Source: Eledone cirrhosa
Taxonomy: Eukaryota
Reading direction: 5' to 3'
Assembly: GCA_964016885.1 (NCBI GenBank)
Contig: OZ024745.1
Span: 38,068,001-38,132,000 of the forward strand
Length of the DNA: 64,000 nucleotides
A program made the translations under genes and the position numbers. Under the pieces are notes generated by a model. It had not been told where the DNA came from. It ran no database searches and saw only the letters and a list, made by a program, of their open reading frames with translations. Shown piece by piece: positions 53,694 to 64,000 of the stretch (the stretch's first letter is position 1; each line of letters starts with the position of its first letter).

Positions 53694-54289
53694 CATATAT
53701 ATTATATACAAATACATATATCCACGCTTATATATAATTCTGTGCTTGTTCTCTGACGTACTTATGTGTAACCTCATCTCACACACATAGACAAGTATGA
53801 ACACAGTCATAAAAGCATTAACACATAGTAATACACAAAAACATACGCACATTGCACATTGAAACACATACATATGTACACACCGATACATTAACCCAAA
53901 CACATACATTCTCTTTCTCACTCAATCTGAACAGAGAGAAAGAGAAACAGTCAGATAGATAAAGTCAGTTAAGAAAGTTCACAGGCAAACATACAGATAC
54001 ATATACACAATCATTTAGCGGCACACGCACGATTGTGCAAGATAGTTTACACGCTCACATACAAACATAGACACATACACAAGAACACAGATAAAGAGAT
54101 AAAAAAGATGCAGAAATAAATAAATATATCGATAGAAATGAAAGACAGGAGCATATACTATTTATAGACATATAGACGAGTGTTACCTTCTATATGCATG
54201 CAAATATTACACAGCCACACACACACATATATATACAAACACATTCATATACACACACACACATACACACACATACACTCACACACACG

Positions 54290-54342
<53 letters not shown>

Positions 54343-54400
54343 GTGCAAGAGTGTATATGTGAATGTGTGTGTGTCCACACACATTCACATATAGAGATAG

Positions 54401-54487
<87 letters not shown>

Positions 54488-55009
54488 GAGAGGTGGTGTG
54501 AGAGTGCAAAGGTTGTTTATGTTGGTACGTAAAGGGTACAACAGTTGTGATCATCTACAGTTTACCGGGTGTGATGGACCATAAAACTTTCTAGTCTCTC
54601 TGCAGCCATGACCTACCAGTTGCTTTGTGTTCCAACTAATTGCTTCTACCCGGTTCAATGATCCAACAAAGCCACACAACACGGGCAAAATGTAATTTTG
54701 TTAAGTTTGTAAAATATCCCAAGCGAACACCCAGAGCGACTAGAGACAAACGAATGGACTGTAATTTATTCACATTCTTCCGCAGTCACCAAGTCTCATT
54801 CTCTTATTCTCTCTTTCTCTCGCATGTAAACACGCACAAACACACACATACAAAAGAATTACCTATCCTCTCTTTTGTTTCCATTTTCCTTCCTCTTTCT
54901 TTTCTTTCGTTCTTTCTTTCTTCCTTTCTTTCTACCCGCACAACTCTTCACTATCTCCTCACCCCTCTATCTATCGATCTTTCTGTCTGTCAAATCAATG
55001 TATTGAAAC

Positions 55010-55049
<40 letters not shown>

Positions 55050-55087
55050 AGCCCCCTCTCGATGTATATATATATATATATGTGTGT

Positions 55088-55165
<78 letters not shown>

Positions 55166-55419
55166 GGCGAATTTACAGAGTCGTTAGAACGTTGTTAGAA
55201 TGCTTTTATGTATTCGTTTCCGCTGTCTATTATCTCAGTCCAAATCCCGGCGGATTCAGCTTTGCCTATCCTCCATTCAACGTCGATTAAGACAGTACCA
55301 GTGTAGTACTGGGGTTGATTCTTCTTCTATATCTCTTCTTTGAAAACCATTCAAACGTGAGACCAGTAAAGTTATTACTAACAAATATTTAAACACTCAA
55401 ATTGCATTTTCAACTAAAA

Positions 55420-55481
<62 letters not shown>

Positions 55482-55790
55482 ACACACATACACGCACACA
55501 CGCACACACGCAAAAGCACACACACACACACACCTCTATCTATATATACATGTATATATATATATATATATTATTCAAAATATTAAAATATTAACAAATG
55601 AAGATATTCACATAATCAAAATATATGCTTTATTATATATATATATCGAAGGTACTGTGTTGTCTTTTCAGTACGTCCTCGTCAGATAAAATATATGATT
55701 TGATATATGACATACCTCTACGGTCTTGATATTTCAATTCCTGTATTATATATTTATATATATAATATATATAATATATATATAATATAT

Positions 55791-55871
<81 letters not shown>

Positions 55872-55874
<3 letters not shown>

Positions 55875-56461
55875 ACGAAGGAAATGTGGTAAGGAACCAG
55901 GTGGACCATAACGCACCAAAGTACTCAATACTTAGGGTAGTAGAGTGGGTAATAGGAACGAGTAAGACCTCGACGATGAGCTCAAGCCAATTCGACGGCT
56001 AATTCTGGACTAAATGAACATTTTTATCTTAGGGAATAGTAACCAGAAATTGTTTTTGTTTATATTTAATTGTTTTTTTTAACATTCTCGGTATTTTTTA
56101 TATATTTACTCCATATTGTTTTACTTATTGTTTCGACTTCCTCCCCCTCCCCCTCCCTAGTATACTTCCTTGACCTCCTGCCCTGCTGTAGTTGGCACTA
56201 TCAACGCACGACTGGGCTTCCTCCACCCCCCTTTTTCTTCTACTGGCAGGTTCAGCTACCCCTTCCTACCACAAATTGCCATGATAAAATTATGTGTCTC
56301 AACAACAAACTTTTGACCAATCCTTGTGACAATTACTTTTACCATATATGGAATTACCCACTGAGAAGCTCGGCTATTCATATACGAGGATAAAAATGTT
56401 CATTTAGTCCAGAATTAGCCGTCGAAACGGCTTGAGCTCAGCCGTCGGGGTCTTACTCGTT

Positions 56462-56465
<4 letters not shown>
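55872..56465. mobile_element. Family H element with inverted arms and candidate long-stem-II hammerhead (56356-56451, +)
   Basis: 55952-56029 is the reverse complement of 56389-56466; (TA)n flanks. Confidence 0.7.
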
Positions 56466-56518
<53 letters not shown>

Positions 56519-57239
56519 CATATATATATTTATGTATGTGTGTGTGCATAATTTACATATATGTATATATATATATATGCATGTGTGTGTGTGCATAATT
56601 TGCCTATTTCTAGACATAATTTTGTAATAATTTATTACTGTTTTTTTTTTGTCGAGACAACCGTACATTCTCCTTCCCATTTCTTATTTTGTTTTTGTTT
56701 CACGTGCATCATAACAACAGAGTAGTCTGCGAACTGTTGCCTGTAAAATATCCATCGGTTTTTACCTGAGATATTCTAACCAGTTCTCTGTAGTATCAAC
56801 CACCCACTGTATCCCTTATCCTTACTCCAAAATCCCATCGGAGGAACCTCATTTCGGCTGATTGTGCTCGCGATTATATTCTTCTGGTCAATCACCAAGA
56901 TACATAGCCATAAGTAAGATTTGGCACACATACCAAATTAAAGACAGTCAGTTTGGATTTTACTCGTCTTACTCTAATTTCTTCATTGAACTCTATTCAC
57001 ATGTAGAATGCACTGCGCATTAAAGACAACATACTGACAAGAGCAGAACTGCTAATCACGACTACAGAACCCCATGTGAACATATGCAACTGACCCCATT
57101 GCAGAATGTGCAGCTACGTATTGGAAGAACATGAATTTTACTTCAAAGGCGAACCTTATTCAAAATTATAAATAACTTTTCGTGCAGCAGGGAAAATTCA
57201 ATTTATGTTATAACCAGCCTCGGTAGCCACGAACATTTT

Positions 57240-57720
57240 GTAGGACAGAAGGGGCTGACATTCCGACAATGAATTACAGTCTATAGGCATTAAGTCTGAA
57301 AGGTCACTCTAAGCAAACATATAAAAGATTACGGAGGCAAAAGGTTGCGAGACATCAATGTTTGCCCATTGTACAAATGTAGTTATAAAATCACAGAACA
57401 AGGTCGAGAAAATCTTTATTAGAAAATTGAAACGAAGATTGAACATACTTGCAACATAATTCTTAACACTAAGGGATGTTAGTGACACGCCCTTTGTCAC
57501 AGATTATAACTGTTTTACACACCAGTGACAACGAAACAACAATCGTATTCCTTATTTTAGCAAGGATTAAAGTGACCCAAACCAATATGGTCGAGAATCA
57601 GCAAGCAGGATTTTAGGAGAAGAAGCAAAATTACCTAATAACAAATGTTTTGATAATCCACTACGGAAAAAGGAAGGTTTGTTAAACATCTGCTTTTTTG
57701 CATGCCATAAAGATCCTTTA
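57240..57720 (+). pseudogene. Possible ancient LINE reverse transcriptase remnant
   Basis: ENQQAGF(R)-like motif near 57595-57620; otherwise heavily decayed. Confidence 0.3.
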
Positions 57721-58197
57721 TATATATATACTAAGTGCCCATTTCTAAACGTTTTTAAAAGTATTAAATTTCGTCTCCTACTGACACGTACATTTGTGAA
57801 CTTGTAGTCAATTGGTTGACGGCATTTTGATGATGCATAGGAATTTCATTTGCTAATGTACTACTAAGTTGGCCTTCACATTCACTGTCATAGGCGACAC
57901 GAACTGGAATCGAATTCTGTCGATCGATTGGTTATTGATTAGGTGAAACCCGATGATGAAGCGACATGCACCAATTGTGCATTGTTGCATAATACATGCA
58001 GATAGTGGATGCTGTGCACTCAATTGTTGCTTTAAGTGTGGCCGAAACTCGAGTACGGGTATAGTTTGGCGGTACCTATTTACGTGTGTCGCATTGAAGC
58101 AAATAACTATATATCTACTCTGGATTTTACATAACATTACCTATTGAGTACGGTGGGATGCAGCCGGTACTAGCAGTGAAACTGATGCTAGTCCCGT

Positions 58198-58258
<61 letters not shown>

Positions 58259-58343
58259 TAAATGTATGACCCACTCTACTACCCTAAGTATTGAGTACTC
58301 TGGTGCTTTATGGTCCATCTGGTTCCTTACTACAACTACTTCG

Positions 58344-58409
<66 letters not shown>

Positions 58410-60120
58410 ATACTTTGCGAGGGTCATGCTGCCAATTAAAACATATGCACCTGTTGGTTTTCACTTCAATGTATTATACATTTCTGGTTGGTTCGTTGGT
58501 TTGTTGGTTCGATACCGGATGCTTGTTTCTATATTGTCAAAGCTCTTTCATCACACTTTCTGTGACCTCATCGTTGACTGGGTTTTTATTTTGAGTGTAT
58601 CCTTCGTTCTGCCCTGCACCATCTTGTTATGTGTTATGTGCTTTGCATTACATCCAGGTGAATCTGTGTGTTTATTTACTTGTCACAAGCTGGTTGTTTG
58701 TTCTATCTTTGCGTGTCTGATATTTTTATTAGTTTGTTTTGTTTTTTTGGTGTGTCTGTATGTCTTCATTTTGTCTTTAAATACTAGTTTTTCCTATTTT
58801 GGAGTTCTCGCCAGTGTTCACGTATCCTTTTTCTAGCATAGATTTTAATTGGCTTTAAGAATTTTCTCTTGTGTTTGGCTGTGGTGTGATACTGGGGGTC
58901 TTTAAGTGTCAAAATTGTTTATAATATGTGCATCTAGTTATCATATATGTGCGTAGTGTAAGCGTCGACTAGGATTTGTGTTGATGATTATCCCAGTATG
59001 GATGGAGTTCGCCGATACACAGGGCTGAATATAGCTGTTTAAGGCTATATATCAATAAATAATCTTCGGGGTTTAGACAGTTACTTGGCTTTTTAATCCT
59101 CCTGATATAGTTGTCTTCTACATTATAGAGTTGTCACTTAATTTTCCTATTCTCTACATGATTTCATTAGTTAAGCTGTACTTCATCAATCTAAAGATAT
59201 AATTGGCCAATATGTTTATCTGCCTGTATAAGTGACAAACAATGGTTGAAATTTCTTTCTTTAAATTTCATTTCAAGCATAACTTTTTAATTGTTCTTCT
59301 CAAACGGTTCTCGTGGTATATTTGAGGTAACATCAGCTTCATGCACGACAGTTTTCCCATAGCATATTTTATCTAAGTTCTCACAGTGTGCTTCCTAAAT
59401 GAGTTGCGTGAAAGACTATGATTAATTGATTTGATGGGGATAGGTGTTTTCTAATTTCTGATGCAGCAAAATGTGATGATCCCAAAGTGAAGTATATTAT
59501 ATATTTCCTATATCATTGAGAGTATTCTCAGTTCCTACTATGATATTTGTGCATTGCTACTAATTCAGGCGATCAGCGGAAGTCCGCAAGACTCGGAGTA
59601 ATTTCAATAATATATATACATTCATATATACTTACATACATGTATATATATACATACATACATACATACGTACATACACAGACATACATACAGACAGACA
59701 ACACACATACACACACACACACACATATATATATATATGTCTGTGTGTGTGTGTGTGTGTGTGTGGTGAATGTGTGTGTGTTTAAAACAGTAATTCCTAT
59801 ATATAAAACAGCATAACTTTTAATGTCCGTTGAAACGAACCGTTAAGATTTATACATTAAAAAGACTAACGCCATAATATATGTATATATCTATATTTTA
59901 TGGCTATGTTACTTCAACCAAATTATAGATAGATGTACTTTGTTTTTATTAGCTTCACCTTGTTCACAGAGGAAGAAAAGGCAAACTACGATGAAGAGAC
60001 AGGACTATAAACATTTTGGTACCGTAATTTAGGACTGCAATACAAAAATAATAATGAAGATGTAAAAAAACAAAATGAAAGTAAACGAACAACGTTATTC
60101 TGATAATTAAGTTTATAACT

Positions 60121-60209
<89 letters not shown>

Positions 60210-60268
60210 TTGATATACGATTTATATATTTATATTTAATCGATATCTGTCTTCTCTCTCCTTCTTCT

Positions 60269-60331
<63 letters not shown>

Positions 60332-62720
60332 GTCATATATTAATGTTACTCGTAAACACATATATGTTACACGCAATTAAACTTTCAGTAGCTTTGATCA
60401 AAAATAATTTAAAAAAAATATGATTAATAATGATAATTACTATAAAAAATGAGGGAGAACGTAAAACATTATGAATAACTTTTTTTCTTCTTTACAATAT
60501 TAGAGAAAATTATCTGTTTATCTTTATAAGAAGTAAAACATATAACATACACACTTTTTTCTTATTTCTTGTCATTAAAATATCATAATATTACTGCAAC
60601 GTGTTGAAATAAATACAAAGGTGCAACGTTTATATAACTTACAAATATGATTAATATAAGGTATTGTTTTCTATTATGGTGCATATGGTGCAGATGTGCG
60701 GACCCCATTTCAGTCGTAGATTGGATTATGTCAACGCGTGCAAGCATGGAGCTCACGCGTGTGCTTAAGTGAACATAAGTTCTAATTACATGTGTTTCAA
60801 ATCCACATTTCAGTTTGTATAGATACACTACGCTAAAGTACGGCCGTTAATCCTAGTCTCATATGACTTGGTCGTACGTACCATGCTTTGACTAAAGACT
60901 TAAGTTCTCATGCTATCAAAGGCAAACACATATACCCTCTCCATCCTCCCTAATTTTGATCGAGTAGAATGTCTAGGACGTGTAACTTGACTGAATAAGG
61001 GTTGCAGCAGCACTAAGCTGGTCCTTTCTATATGGAACCTGAATGGAAGAAATGCAAATTGGAATTCGCTAGCATTTGAACCCAAAGTGCAGAAAGCTGG
61101 AACTAATATCCAACACTTTTGTGACGCTGCACATCGATTGTCTTTGTATAGATAGAAGTAGGGATACACCCAAAGGGATATATACGAATACACACTCATG
61201 GACCTACAATAGAGGTGCTAATTATGTTTGCCATTTTAAGAGGAACACGTACAAAGCTATATACACATGGGTATAAAATTGCCAACTCACTACTCGCACA
61301 TTCAGGCATATAAACATACATCTATACATTCTCATACAGAGAATTTGGAAAATGCACATAGATATAATGTATTATAATCCATTAGTCTCAACAATCTTCA
61401 TTAAGTAGTTTGATCAGCTGAATGTCCAACTCCTGTAAATGGTTGCGTATTCCACAGTCACTTGAACTCTTAACGTTATTCCAAATCGGAATCAGTGAGA
61501 CAACACATCTGATAAGGCCGGGTGTGAATAAAAAGTTAAATACATCCGGCCTACCCGATGTTATAATAAGACATTTATCCATCCTACTACCTATTTGGTT
61601 AAATCCATGTACTCCTGATTGCGAATCAAACCCATCAATCACTCAGCCATTTCAGCGAGCATTTACATGAGTATATCAAATAACATGGATTAGGTATATA
61701 AATATTGACACTAAAATGTTAGATGTTATCAACTGTTCCTGGGTATGATATATCCTAATACATCAAGTCATCTTACCTCCCGCCCCGCTCTCTCTCTGAT
61801 ACTTATGCAGGAGCACTACATGTCATAACATATTATAGGGTAACAAAGAATGTTACACATAGAATACCTAATAGAAAATCATAAGGTATTGACAATATCC
61901 ACACTGAGAACAAGTTCATGTTTTTGCCCTCATTTATATGATCCTTTGTTGGAGTTAGCACAATTCATATGAAATGAGAAACACCAACTTCATGAAACTG
62001 TATGAGCTAAATGGGCGTGGATATTTGAAGGATTTGTTTGCATAGTCTAATTTGAAAGAGTAGTTCTTTACATTATCCCAAATCGCTAAAATAGAAGACT
62101 ATATACATAATACAATGAATTCAATATAGGATCATGACAATTAGATCTACTAATGATATTATATTATCGCTGAGTAAATTCTAAGAGAAATATCGGGAGG
62201 AGAAAGAACTTACTATCTAACTAAAATAACGTGGGTTTAACTAAAATGTTTGATGTAGTTAGTGGGTCAGGTCTTTATAAAATGTTGTAAATCGCTGGGC
62301 TCACAATAACGCAGAGAAAAAAGAAACATCATATGAGGTATGCGATTATAGCACATTGCTGTATGGTTCTGAATCATTGATTATTTATTCAGAATTCACA
62401 GAAAAGCCGACACTTTCTTTATTTCTGATGCCTACGTGAAATTCTAAGTCTCATGTCAAGATAACATTTTTACCTTCGAAATGTAGCTAGATTAATTGCC
62501 TAGATTGATGTCAATCTTTAGATAATTGAGAATAACAATGTCTAGGTTATATTAAATGTATGGCAAACAATGGGATTCCAAAAAGAGTTCCTCTTTGGTG
62601 AACTTCTGATCCCGGCATAAGATTGATCAGTCAACACAAACAGAAACATATATATATCATATACCATATATATAATTATATGTATACACACACACACATA
62701 CACCCACACACCCACACACA

Positions 62721-62764
<44 letters not shown>

Positions 62765-62854
62765 AATATATATATATAACGAAAAGTAAAAGTAAGTGAC
62801 CTGGTATGGTAATCTATGTTTTGTTTTGTTGTTGTTGTTGTTATTTTTTATTTG

Positions 62855-62893
62855 TCCAATATTTCGGGATCTAAAAGTCCCTTCATCAGCGTT
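62855..62893 (-). ncRNA. Decayed hammerhead core
   Basis: CTGATGA A GGGA..TCCC GAAA TAT; stem I and cleavage triplet do not fit. Confidence 0.3.
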
Positions 62894-63020
62894 TAAGGAA
62901 CATTCAGTGGATAATGTTCCAAATTCCTTTCTTCTGATTTTGATTTAAAACTCGTTTTCAAGCATTTTTTAATGGTTATTTTGCTTTCCACGTGAATGAT
63001 GTCAATTGCCAATATAGTAT

Positions 63021-63146
<126 letters not shown>

Positions 63147-63718
63147 AAGCTGTAGGTCTCGTCTGTTTGTTTGTTCACGAAGGCTTCCTATGGTTTTGGA
63201 GATAGACCACCATAACCTGAATATTCTGAAACTAAATTACTCAGGGTACTTGGATAAGTATATTTCATTTTAATGAAAGTGATACTCGGGGGCACAAACC
63301 GCCGCTGAAAGCCCCACTGAAAATGTTTTCCCTTCGATTTATATGACATTTACACCATAGGTAAATGACAAGATATGATGCCTATTCACAAATTTCAATA
63401 ATATTAAGATACCCCAGTGAGGGCTAAACCACATATAGTGAACATTCTTGAAGCCCATAACTTGAGTATTGGAAATTCTATTATCACGGGGTTTTTCTAT
63501 TAATTAAAGGTAAATCAACAAAAGAGCCCTCTCTTTTATCTATGGCAAAACATCACTAGAATTATGACAACACAAATTATTAGTTAATGCCTCTACTTTT
63601 TAAACATTTTCCCTTTATTTTTTCACTGATTTAAAATATTCACTGATTTAAAAAAATCATCATTTTCTTACAAAAAACATGTGTGAAACGCAGCAAGGCG
63701 CGGGTAATTAGGCTAGCG

Positions 63719-63772
<54 letters not shown>

Positions 63773-64000
63773 TGTGTGTATGTATGTATATATATATATA
63801 TATATACATACACACATTCACATGCACACACAAACAGTAGGGAAATTAAAAAACAAAAAAAAACAAAAAAACAAACAAGATAACGACCGAAAAAAAGTAA
63901 CTCGAAAAACGATTTTCTGAATAGGATACAATAAAAAATTAGTTTTTGAAAATAAAAATACAAACGAATGATACACATCTCCAGGGTTTTCAGCTGTTGA

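Noticed and set aside
60583-61670. Several 66-99 aa ORFs in unique sequence
   Set aside because: No recognisable domain; lengths within chance expectation

Overview
AT-rich eukaryotic (animal) DNA, dense in (TA)n/(CA)n microsatellites, with no host protein-coding gene I can support. The SINE content resembles coleoid cephalopod repeats (inference). Main components: (1) a head-to-tail array of three R4/Dong-type RLE non-LTR retrotransposons, each ending in (TAA)n (1-6763); (2) a decayed autonomous Helitron (Rep HUH + Pif1 helicase, minus strand, ~13.3-19.0 kb) plus a small non-autonomous Helitron; (3) two Penelope-like element (PLE) 3' fragments with GIY-YIG endonuclease (36.7-38.3 kb, 41.5-42.8 kb); (4) RTE-, CRE- and SINE-derived fragments. 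The most interesting signal is non-coding. Most short unique-looking islands between (TA)n tracts are tandem and/or inverted repeats of ~300-600 bp. At least nine distinct repeat families (labelled A-I), about 20 motif copies including decayed ones, carry type I hammerhead ribozyme folds with palindromic stem III. These include U3-A8 core variants, U-U closed stem II, and very long stem II inserts. This looks like a diverse community of (TA)n-targeting, ribozyme-bearing PLE pseudo-LTRs and retrozyme-like non-autonomous elements. All folds were made by eye, element boundaries are approximate, and novelty was not checked against any database.
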